DNA of 64,000 nt from Bdellovibrionota bacterium (GTDB taxonomy: Bacteria > Bdellovibrionota > FAC87 > UBA2466 > JACKAF01): assembly GCA_041391485.1 (NCBI GenBank), contig JAWKNY010000003.1:104360-168359 (forward strand), in the 5' to 3' direction. A model generated the notes under the pieces. The model was not told the DNA's origin. It searched no databases and saw nothing but the letters and a program-made list of their open reading frames with translations. Within the stretch, counting starts at the first letter, position 1, and every line of letters starts with the position of its first letter. Both the position numbers and the translations under genes were made by a program. This document shows, one piece after another, positions 50,341-58,986 of this stretch.

Positions 50341-51727
50341 TGCTAGAAAACGGTGGAAAGCAAATCAGCATCGCCACCATATAGGTGTACGCTTGACCGC
50401 GGACCAACCAATGGGAATTTAAGAGTGCAAGTGGTTCTTCTTTTCGGTTCAGCCATAGTTCGTAAAAGAAGAGCGGGCCTACAAAAAATATGATGAGCCC
50501 TGCTCCGGTCGCTGCCATCGAGTCGAAATCAAAGTCGAAGATCACGCGCCCTAGAATCTCCCATACCTGTGAGAGACTCGTCGCTCTAAAGAACAACCAG
50601 CCAATACAGGTTAGGTGAAACATCAGTAAACGTTGTCCCCACAAAGAAACGGTTGAAATGTTTTTTTGCGGTTCTGAAGATGTTGGTACTAGTCGATAGA
50701 TGGACAGCAGAATTCCGTGAAAAAATCCCCATGCAACAAAGGTCCACGCGGCTCCGTGCCAAAGGCCTCCAATCGCCATAGTAAGAATCAAGTTTCTCAA
50801 CGCCCGTACCCTTCCATCGCGGTTGCCTCCCAACGGAATGTAGAGATAGTCGCGTAGCCACGTGGAAAGACTTATGTGCCAAGCTTTCCAGAATTCGGAT
50901 GGGTTCCGGGTGAGATAGGGGAATCGAAAGTTGAACATTAGGTCAAAGCCCAGAAACTTTGCGGTTCCCTGTGCGATGGACGAATAGCCCGAAAAGTCAG
51001 CGTAAATTTGGAATGCAAAGGCGTAGACGCCCATGAGATACGCCCCACCCGAAAGCTCGGAGGCGTGAGGGGAGAAGACGTAGGCCACATAGCCGGCGAG
51101 CGTGTCGCCTATCACGACTTTCTTAAAGAGACCAATCAGCACATGGTAAAAGCCTTCACGTATATTCTCGAACCCCTTTTCTCTGGGCTTTTGAATTTGT
51201 GGCAGAATGTGATCGACACGTTCAATGGGGCCTGCCACAAGCTGGGGGAAGAAGCTTACGTAAAGGCTGAAGGCGAGCAGATCGTCGGTTGCTTTCACTC
51301 GTCGTCGGTAGATATCAATGGTGTAGCTCATCGTCTGAAAAGTGTAGAAGGAGATGCCTACCGGGAGTGTGATGTTTAGTATGGGGAGCGAGACGGGGAT
51401 TCCCAGGGAACTAAGCAGTGTTGCCAACTCGGAAATGAAAAAGTTCGAATATTTGAACAGCGCAAGCGCACCGAGGTTTACGAGTACTGATCCCATCAGC
51501 AGCCAACGGCGCTTTGAGATTGAGGATTCTTTCTCCAGCTGTCGCCCTACGACAAAGTCCACGATAGTAGAGGCCCAGATCAAGCTCAGAAAGCGCCAAT
51601 CCCACGTTCCGTAGAAGACGTTGCTGGCGGCCAGCAGAAGAACGTTTTGATTCTTGTGCGACAATTTGGAATAGAGGAATACAACGGCTAGGAAGAAAAC
51701 AAAAAACAGGTAACTGTTGAATAGCAT
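50315..51727 (-). CDS. MBOAT-family membrane O-acyltransferase (AlgI/DltB-like)
   Basis: 470 aa polytopic; AlgI/DltB-like N-terminus MLFNSYLFFVFFLAVVFLY and the conserved WHISL...LRDYLYIPLGGNR histidine block. Confidence 0.8.
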   Translation of the reverse strand: MLFNSYLFFVFFLAVVFLYSKLSHKNQNVLLLAASNVFYGTWDWRFLSLIWASTIVDFVVGRQLEKESSISKRRWLLMGSVLVNLGALALFKYSNFFISELATLLSSLGIPVSLPILNITLPVGISFYTFQTMSYTIDIYRRRVKATDDLLAFSLYVSFFPQLVAGPIERVDHILPQIQKPREKGFENIREGFYHVLIGLFKKVVIGDTLAGYVAYVFSPHASELSGGAYLMGVYAFAFQIYADFSGYSSIAQGTAKFLGFDLMFNFRFPYLTRNPSEFWKAWHISLSTWLRDYLYIPLGGNRDGRVRALRNLILTMAIGGLWHGAAWTFVAWGFFHGILLSIYRLVPTSSEPQKNISTVSLWGQRLLMFHLTCIGWLFFRATSLSQVWEILGRVIFDFDFDSMAATGAGLIIFFVGPLFFYELWLNRKEEPLALLNSHWLVRGQAYTYMVAMLICFPPFSSNEFIYFQF

Positions 51728-51820
51728 TCCACGGCCCCGGGCGGTGAGTCTTCACTGTTTTATCGGCAATTTCGAGCGCTTAGATTAGCGAGACTGGGAC
51801 AAGGTGGCGCTATGCATCAT

Positions 51821-52528
51821 CTAGTTCGTGGACGAGCTGAGGAGCTGATTGACGGTTAGGAACTCGTAGCCCTGATTTCTCAAACCGCTCACGATTCCCG
51901 GAATGGCCTTCACCGAGGCGTCGTTTCCCTCGTACATGCCGTGCAGGAGCAAGATGGAGCCCGGCCTGGCGTTCTCAAGGGCATACTTCACAATCGCATC
52001 GGGATCTTTAGCGACAGAGGGGTATGAGTCCGGCTCCAAGTCAAACAGGATGTGCTTTCGCCCGCTTTTTTTGAGGTAATACGGAAGCATGAAGAGCTTT
52101 TTGCTTCCTGGAGCTCGGAAGTGAATCGGTCCCTGATGGCCGGCTTTACGGATCAGTGCGTCAGTTCGGGTGATCTGGTTGTCGATGAATGAGAAGGAGC
52201 GAAGGAGCATTAGAGGGTGCGAGTAGGTGTGATTACCGAGTTCGTGCCCCTCTGATACGATGGCTTTTGCCAGTTCCGGCTCTTTCTCCAGGGAAGCTCC
52301 GAGTACGAAGAAAGTAGCTTTGATATTGGCTTGGCGTAGTACTTCCAGAAGATACGGGGTACGGCGGGTGGGGCCGTCATCTATAGTTAAGGCGATAGCC
52401 CTGCGTTCTGTCGGGACTCGGTTTATCAGCTCGCCCATCAGCTGAAAGCTTCGGGAGCGACTTACCAAAAAAAGTATGAAGCTTAGTGCGAGTAGGGATC
52501 CAGATAGAAGAATGAATCTACGCTTCAA
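51821..52528 (-). CDS. polysaccharide deacetylase (NodB/CE4 family)
   Basis: RAIALTIDDGPT, KATFFVLG, GHELGNHTYSHP catalytic motifs. Confidence 0.8.
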   Translation of the reverse strand: MKRRFILLSGSLLALSFILFLVSRSRSFQLMGELINRVPTERRAIALTIDDGPTRRTPYLLEVLRQANIKATFFVLGASLEKEPELAKAIVSEGHELGNHTYSHPLMLLRSFSFIDNQITRTDALIRKAGHQGPIHFRAPGSKKLFMLPYYLKKSGRKHILFDLEPDSYPSVAKDPDAIVKYALENARPGSILLLHGMYEGNDASVKAIPGIVSGLRNQGYEFLTVNQLLSSSTN

Positions 52529-52574
52529 ATTCTCGCCTCCGGAGCCACAGTGGTTTTCGTGGTAAGATCACTCT

Positions 52575-53722
52575 GTGAGAACCGCAAATTCCACTAATAG
52601 TACCATCGTGCAGAACACCGCGAAAGTGAACACGGTATTCCTTCTCCCTTCCCTCGAGCTGGGCGGCGCAGAGAAGACTACTCTAAACTTACTTTCCAAC
52701 GACGCGGTGAAGGATCTCAATCCCTCACTTTGGTGTTTTAGAAAAAAAGGAGAACTCTTGTCGGTGGTTCCCGACGAGATTTCAGTATCCGACTTGGAAG
52801 CGTTCACGGCGATTCAAGCCGTGCGAAGTCTTATTGCGAAAGTTCGCTTGAATCGCCCCAGCTGATCGTTTCAGTACTTACACCGGCAAATGTTCTTGCT
52901 GCAATCGCTGTACGCTTGAGTGGGCATTCGTGCAAGCTTGTGGTGGTGGAGCATGGTTCGCTGAAAACAATGCAGGGCGAGAGCGGTGGGCTGGTGCGGT
53001 GGTTACCCTTTCTGCAAAAGATTGCCTATCGACTCGTGGATCGCATCGTGTGTGTGTCGGAAGGTCTAGCAGAAGAAATCTCCAAAGACACGGGGATTTC
53101 AAGAGATCGTTTTGAGGTAGTTTACAACGCGGTTTTGACAAAAGATTTTCATGAACGTGCGAATAGGGCCGTAACGCACGAATGGATACGCAATCGACCG
53201 GAGTGTTTGATCGTGATGGTGGGTAGATTGCATCCAGTTAAGGATTACGAGCTTGCCGTTCGGACGCTGGGTGAGCTGAAACGGCATTTGGATTGCAAAC
53301 TCATCGTGGTAGGTGAGGGCCCGTACCGTTCCGAGCTGGAGAAGCTGATTGTGGATATGAAGTTGTCGGACGCTGTTTCATTGGTCGGCTTTCGAGAAAA
53401 TCCGTTGCCGTACATCGCTGCCGCGGACGTTTTCTTGATGACCTCAAGAATGGAAGCCCTACCGACAGTACTGATTGAGGCATTGTGTTTGAGAGTCCGG
53501 ACGATCTCCGTTGACTGCCCTTGGGGGCCGCGCGAAATTTTTCGGAAACTTCCGGGGGGAGTATTGGTACGCGATCGTACGGTCGGTGCATTGGTGGAAG
53601 GCATCCGTAGTGCCTTAGTGGCAGATAGACCTGAACCGTCGGCCGAAGAAATGGCCGTGTTTGCGGAATCAGAGATTGCTATGCGCTATCAGAAGCTGGT
53701 TCAGCAGCTACTGGATAGATAG
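52575..53722 (+). pseudogene. glycosyltransferase family 4, one frameshift between 52865 and 52916
   Basis: N-terminal VFLLPSLELGGAEKTTLNL (GT4 N-domain) in one frame; C-terminal IVVGEGPYRSELE...LMTSRMEALPTVLIEAL (GT1 motif) in another. Confidence 0.65.
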
Positions 53723-53753
53723 AGGAGGATTCTTTGCCCGTGATCTTCGGGCG

Positions 53754-54530
53754 TTAATCCCAGCGTGACGCTTTGCGGCCTTCGTACCAGGCCCCTGCCT
53801 CCCTTTGATGCCAGCGGCTCACCACTCCGGGTTCAAAGACTCGGTAGGCTTTCATTCTGAGTCGAGCTTGCAGAGTCGCGAAGAGATACTCGTCCTCATG
53901 CCCCCAGGTCGTTTTGCCTTCATAGATGCTTCCTACAAAGCCGTTCATTTTGAGATAGTCCGACTTGTGAACGCAGAGAAACCCTGTGGCGCGGTTGTCG
54001 TACCAGGGAAAGCTGATCGTTTTACTCGGAGTCTCAAATGAGTAAACGGGTGCGTAAAATTGCCTTGCTTGTATTACGGCGGATCGAATTTTATGGAAGA
54101 TGCGATTCGGAAGTTTGAGATCGACGTCGCAAACGAACACGATTTCGTTCATTCCCACGGATGGATGACGGATCATCTGTTCGATAGCGTTGGATTTGGA
54201 AAAAGTGCCTGATAGGTTTATGAAGACCGTAGAGAAACGAAGCTCAAACAGCTCGACGAAACTCTTGATATTCGGCAAGTCCGTACTCGAATAGTCTGCA
54301 ATTAAGAGGCGGAGGTTGAAGTCACCATTCTTTTCAGAAATATCTTTTAGATTGTTCAGTATCAGCTCCAACATTGCGGCTCGGTTGTACAAGGGGATAC
54401 AGATGTTCACGGTTCCGGTTTTGTTGTAGCGTCGTAGTATTGTGTGATGAAGAACCTGATCGTATCCGGATAGGAGAAAAACGCGTACGTTGCGAGCCAC
54501 GAAGCTGAAAATTTTCTTTATGAGCTTCAA
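53754..54530 (-). CDS. GT-A fold glycosyltransferase (GT2/GT7-like)
   Basis: DVD (DxD) motif FVCDVDLKL and TWGHEDEYLF resembling the WGGEDDD block of beta-1,4-GalT/GT7-type enzymes. Confidence 0.5.
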   Translation of the reverse strand: MKLIKKIFSFVARNVRVFLLSGYDQVLHHTILRRYNKTGTVNICIPLYNRAAMLELILNNLKDISEKNGDFNLRLLIADYSSTDLPNIKSFVELFELRFSTVFINLSGTFSKSNAIEQMIRHPSVGMNEIVFVCDVDLKLPNRIFHKIRSAVIQARQFYAPVYSFETPSKTISFPWYDNRATGFLCVHKSDYLKMNGFVGSIYEGKTTWGHEDEYLFATLQARLRMKAYRVFEPGVVSRWHQREAGAWYEGRKASRWD

Positions 54531-54650
54531 CCTTCCTCTCGGCCGGCCTCAACCATCCGGCAAGGTGTAGGGAGGCGGTTAAGATGCAAGATCTCAGAGG
54601 GTCATCGGCAAAAAAAGCAGTTACGTTAGAAGATTTCAGACTTTCGGCGC

Positions 54651-54897
54651 TTGCCGAGGTTCAGCTCCCCGAAGGGAACGAACCACAATAATGGAGCGGG
54701 TGACGAGGTTCGACCCCGAAGGGAACGAACCACAATAATGGAGCAGACGAGGTTCGACCCCGAAGGGAACGAACCACAATAATGGAGCGGTGACGAGGTT
54801 CGACTCCCGAAGGAACGAACCACAATAATGGAGCGGGTGACGAGGTTCGACCCCGAAGGGAACGAACCACAATAATGGAGCGGGTGACGAGGTTCGA
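54651..54897. repeat. tandem array (5 full copies + 1 degenerate) of a 44-47-nt unit = 3'-terminal 22 nt of tRNA-Gly + constant 25-nt spacer
   Basis: Unit CCCCGAAGGGAACGAACCACAATAATGGAGCGGGTGACGAGGTTCGA at 54667-54713, 54714-54757 (variant GCAGACGAGG), 54758-54803 (1-nt del), 54804-54850 (CTCCCGAAGG-AACG variant), 54851-54897 (last copy is the true tRNA 3' end); partial copy 54651-54666. Confidence 0.8.
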
Positions 54898-54951
54898 ACT
54901 CGCGGCCCTCAGCTTGGGAAGCTGATGCTCTACCAACTGAGCTACACCCGC
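54876..54951 (-). tRNA. tRNA-Gly (anticodon CCC), CCA encoded
   Basis: Reverse complement GCGGGTGTAGCTCAGTTGGTAGAGCATCAGCTTCCCAAGCTGAGGGCCGCGAGTTCGAACCTCGTCACCCGCTCCA; 76 nt; cloverleaf with anticodon loop TTCCCAA. Confidence 0.8.
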
Positions 54952-55190
54952 ACTGAAAGAAATCAGTATTATTTAAGGAGGGTTAACTCAAGCGCCCCCC
55001 GCTTGTCCACTCCAAAATAGTGTCTGGCGGCGCTCCGCCTGCGAAGGGGAGAATTTTAAAGAACCCGTGAATAGGTATTGATTCGGCGCATCAGGGTGGT
55101 ACTGTCTACCTTTGGCATCGCTTGGGGTGGGGCAGCTATGGGTTGGCAACTTCGCACGGCATTTTAAGATCGCATTCTGATTTCCACTAA

Positions 55191-55859
55191 TTGATGTCTT
55201 TGTATGTTTTTTCGGGGGAGAGCATGCACAGGGTTAATCAGAGATACTATGGGCTAGTCGCGTTGGCTTGCTTTGTCTTGGCCGCACCGGCGAAAAGCAT
55301 CGATTTTGTGCGGGACGACAACGGTAACCCCATCGTTCCGCAGTGGTGTGTGCAGTCCTTTTTGAAGCAAGGCCGGCAGAAAGATAAGCCCAGCAGCCTA
55401 ATTCCGAAATCTCACCAACCGCCCTCTGTCCTGCCTCAACTGGAGGAGGGCCGGGCCTGGGTGACCCGCTCTGAGGGCACTTTCCTCAACGCCAAAGCCC
55501 AACTCAAATCCTTGCACCAGGACGGCGTGGAGCTGGAGTTTGTTACCTTAGAGTCCTGGCGAGATCTCAACGTCTTTGAAATTCTCGAAGAAGGAATTCA
55601 AAAAAACGATCCCGACTTCGAGTTGGATCCCACCGATCCTATCGGCGGTGTGTTGCGTTGGATCGCTGGACGTCCCGCGATCATCGAGATTCAAATGCTG
55701 GACGAGTACCACGAAGCTCAACTGGAGCCTTTGGCGCAAGCTATCCGCGCGATCTTCACCGAGACCGAGAATACCTACTTCCTCATCCGTTCTCCCGATG
55801 ACAATTTAGTCACCGAGGTTTTCGGAGAGACCGGCGGACTCACTTCGCTCAACGATTAA
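55191..55859 (+). CDS. hypothetical secreted protein
   Basis: Hydrophobic N-terminal segment LVALACFVLAAPA; acidic C-terminal half; no family recognised. Confidence 0.35.
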   Translation: MMSLYVFSGESMHRVNQRYYGLVALACFVLAAPAKSIDFVRDDNGNPIVPQWCVQSFLKQGRQKDKPSSLIPKSHQPPSVLPQLEEGRAWVTRSEGTFLNAKAQLKSLHQDGVELEFVTLESWRDLNVFEILEEGIQKNDPDFELDPTDPIGGVLRWIAGRPAIIEIQMLDEYHEAQLEPLAQAIRAIFTETENTYFLIRSPDDNLVTEVFGETGGLTSLND

Positions 55860-55880
55860 GGAACACGGCTCGACCCTGTA

Positions 55881-56345
55881 CTATGGGCTGAATTCGATCT
55901 CTAGGGCGATTTGTGGGAACTCTCTTGCCACTTTCTCGCCCGTAACCGCTTCGTAGCGCCCACAAGGATCTCGAAAGCCGGGATAGCTGGCATCCGTTTC
56001 GCAGGCTACCCGAACGGCCCGCAGTCGCGCGTAGTTTACTTGCTCGATGATGGCCACGTTTCCACTAGGAGCTACCAGTTCCTGTAGAACCGCACAGGCT
56101 GGTTCTTGGTATTGGGCGTAACAGGATTCTTCGATCTGCTTGAGAGCAGCGGCCTGCGCGGCTTCTGGGCTTTGGGGCGCTGGCTCCTCCGCCTGTGCCC
56201 CGTGCGCGGTCACTTGAAAAAGGAGAGTGATTATAAGAAGTTGTTTAGTCATGGTGCCTCCAATCATACTCTTATCTACTCTTATTGTAGCGAGCGGGGG
56301 ACCCGGCCACGACCCATGCCTCTGTCGCGATTGAGGGAGAGCCAA
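55881..56345 (-). CDS. hypothetical secreted cysteine-containing protein
   Basis: Likely true start MTKQLLIITLLFQVTAHGAQA (signal peptide) within the ORF; 4 Cys in the mature part. Confidence 0.35.
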   Translation of the reverse strand: MALPQSRQRHGSWPGPPLATIRVDKSMIGGTMTKQLLIITLLFQVTAHGAQAEEPAPQSPEAAQAAALKQIEESCYAQYQEPACAVLQELVAPSGNVAIIEQVNYARLRAVRVACETDASYPGFRDPCGRYEAVTGEKVAREFPQIALEIEFSP

Positions 56346-56533
56346 TGGAACGCGAAATCGAACACAGCTTTCAGTGTCCTTACTGCTGGTCCTCTATCTC
56401 TATGTTGCTGGATGCTTCTGTGGGGGAGCAGGCCTATGTGGAGGATTGTGAGCGCTGCTGCCAGCCTATACAGATTCAATTCCACTGTGAGCGGGGACAG
56501 CTGCTTTCTTTTGAGGCCGAGCGGGCGCAGTGA
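56345..56533 (+). CDS. CPXCG-motif cysteine-rich small protein (zinc-ribbon-like)
   Basis: 62 aa with CPYC...CERCC arrangement typical of the CPXCG family. Confidence 0.55.
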   Translation: MEREIEHSFQCPYCWSSISMLLDASVGEQAYVEDCERCCQPIQIQFHCERGQLLSFEAERAQ

Positions 56534-56534
56534 G

Positions 56535-58843
56535 TTAGGCGGCCGTCTCCACGGCGGTGGCGGCGATTAGAATACTTTTTAAACGCTCTCTTTGAGAGTC
56601 GTTCAGGCCCTGCAGGCTGAGCCCGGTGCGGAATTTTTGGGGCTCCAGCTCCCGCGCCCAACAGACAGACGCGATAACCGGGAATAGCCCGATGGATTGA
56701 AGTTCCTGCTCAAGATTCTTATCCGGTCCGAGTAGTCGGATCTGCACGCTCACCTGCTTGGCGAGGTAAGCGTCCATCACTAAGCCAATCCCGGAACTCG
56801 AAAAATCAACGAGCGAGGCAGGGCCATACGAGGTTTCGACTTGAACCGGACAGTTTCGTCCAACGAAAAAGCGCGGATCCTGACGACTCATTCCTTGTTG
56901 GCGGCGGTACTCATCGAGGGCTTGATCGCGTTTTTGTTCATCAAGGTGTTTCGGCGTACATTCGTAAACGGGTTGTGGCGTTTCCAAGTGTTTGATTCTA
57001 ATTTGGCGCAATTTGAAGGCCGCGAGAGCGAAATCCGCGTGTAAACGCATTCGGGTCGACTCGCTCACGAGGATACCGAAACTATCTGCGGCCGACTCCA
57101 ATCGCTTGCAATAGTTCACCCCGTGACCGATGAGCGTGATCTCGATCTTTTTCCCGGTTCCAAGATTACCGACCTGCACCAAAGAGGTGTTCACGCCGAT
57201 CCGCAGGGGGAAAACCGGTCTCTTTTCCGAAATAGCCGATTGCGCCCGCTCCACGGCATCTTCTTGGAGGGCGATGGCGCATTGGATGGCGGTCTCCGCG
57301 TGGTTCTCTGGGGAAACGTCCCCATCGTATGCGTAACCAAAAAAGCAGAGCACCCCGTCTCCTTGGATCTTGTCTACAATCCCGCCGTGGGCGTGGATCA
57401 CTCGGATGATTGCCTGAATCTCATGGCGTAAATGGGCAAAAGCTTGTTTTGGGGGAAACTGTTCGGCGGCGATGGAGAACCCCACGATGTCGATGAAAAC
57501 CGTTGTGACTTCGGTTTCTGTGGGGTCCAAGGTGAACCCGCGCTTGGTGAGCAGTGTCTGCAGCTTTTCGCTCGGGACAAGTCCCTCAGAAAATCCTGAG
57601 TCAGGCGCAGCGTCTTCGCTAAATCACGGCTTGTGAGAGCGAACAAGCTAGCCCCCGTTAGACTGAAGCAACACATGGCTGGAAACCACGGGACGACGAC
57701 AGAGGCGTAAGAAAAGAGCCCGAGGCCCAAAAGAACCAGGGAAAAGTTAATCGCCAAGTAGCTTAACCAAAACCGCACGCCGGTGAGTAGTGTGGCCGTA
57801 AAAAACGCTGGGATACAAAGCGCAAAAACAAAAAGATGGCCGGCGGGCATTCGCCTGAGCCATTGCCCCGTCAGGACACTATTGATAACGGCAGCCGAAA
57901 GAAAACCACCGGGAATGGTGCCAAACGGACTTTCGACCATGTCGGCGTTGCCCGTATAGAGAGCCGGAAGCACCACCACATGGGTCCCGTCGGCGAAAGC
58001 GTCTTCTTTCTCGCCGGACCGCCAGCGTTTGACGGGACCGGAGAGATTGTAGGTGCGTTCATAAAAAGCGTTGGGGTTGGGCAGGTTAACTAATAGCTCA
58101 CTGCCGAAGAGCGGGACGTGTTCTCCATTTACCAGAAGCTGCTCTTCATCAAACTGCACGTCTTTGAAGGCGAGGAGCGGGGCCAGCGGCAGAACCTTGT
58201 CCCCTTGCATTCGAATAAAGGCCTGCAGCGAAAAGTTGCCGTTGTACATGAGATGCCCCACCTGACTCACTTCAGCTATTTGGGGATCGGGACCGTACAG
58301 GGTTCCAGATTGGAGAGAACAAAACGAGGGAACTTCGTTGGCGGCATAGTGTTTGGGATCGAATTCCACTCGATCCGTGCTAAGTGGCGTCCGCCCGGAG
58401 ATCGGCTCGGCCGCCAAAAAACTCCCCACTACAAACCGAGTTCTGGATCCTTGCAGCTTCTGGAGCTGTTCGATACCCGGCCCTTTGGGTAGAGCGAAAA
58501 TTCGGTTCACAAGAACGGAACTGGCTCCCCGTTTTGCGAAATTTTGCAAGACTCCGGACCACTCGCCAATCTCCAGGTCCTCACTTTTTAGGTAGGCAAT
58601 GGCGGAGTCACCCAGCCCGTAGATTGCCAAGCGATCGTCGACACGAGGATCCCGCTTGAGGCGGTGGCGGGTTTGGTACTCCAAGGGGCGGCTAATCTGG
58701 TGCTCTAAAAAGGCTCCAAACTTCGAGCCGGAGATCACTGAAAAAAAGAGGCCCGATAAACTGGCGTAAAGGGCGTAGCGGCGCGCGTTTTGTTCGGTGA
58801 AATTCAGCCATTTTTTCTTCCATGCTTCGTTGGACGCCATCAC
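56535..58843 (-). pseudogene. CHASE2 sensor - class III nucleotidyl cyclase - PilZ multidomain protein, one frameshift near 57590 (ORFs 57398..58843 and 56535..57530)
   Basis: N-terminal TM + CHASE2 periplasmic domain + 3 TM helices (481 aa). In the other frame a CHD cyclase (TTVFIDIVGFS...KIQGDGVLCFFGY) and a C-terminal PilZ-like domain (RFFVGRN...VDFSSSGIGLVMD). The in-frame linker upstream of the cyclase start has no Met. Confidence 0.65.
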
Positions 58844-58986
58844 GTGCTTATCGGCGAATTGCAGGCTTCTCTCAATGAAAGCAATAGTTTATCTAGCAGG
58901 CGGCGTGCCTTTATGAAGCGCTTTTCACATTTGCTTCACGTTCTTTGGGCATAATAAGGAATCTGTAGTTTTTAGAGGGGACGTAC

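Noticed and set aside
54626-54936. Three small ORFs (65-91 aa) over the tRNA-Gly repeat array, and a possible CRISPR array
   Set aside because: ORF translations are repetitive artefacts of the tandem repeat. Not CRISPR because the spacers are identical and the repeat is the tRNA 3' end
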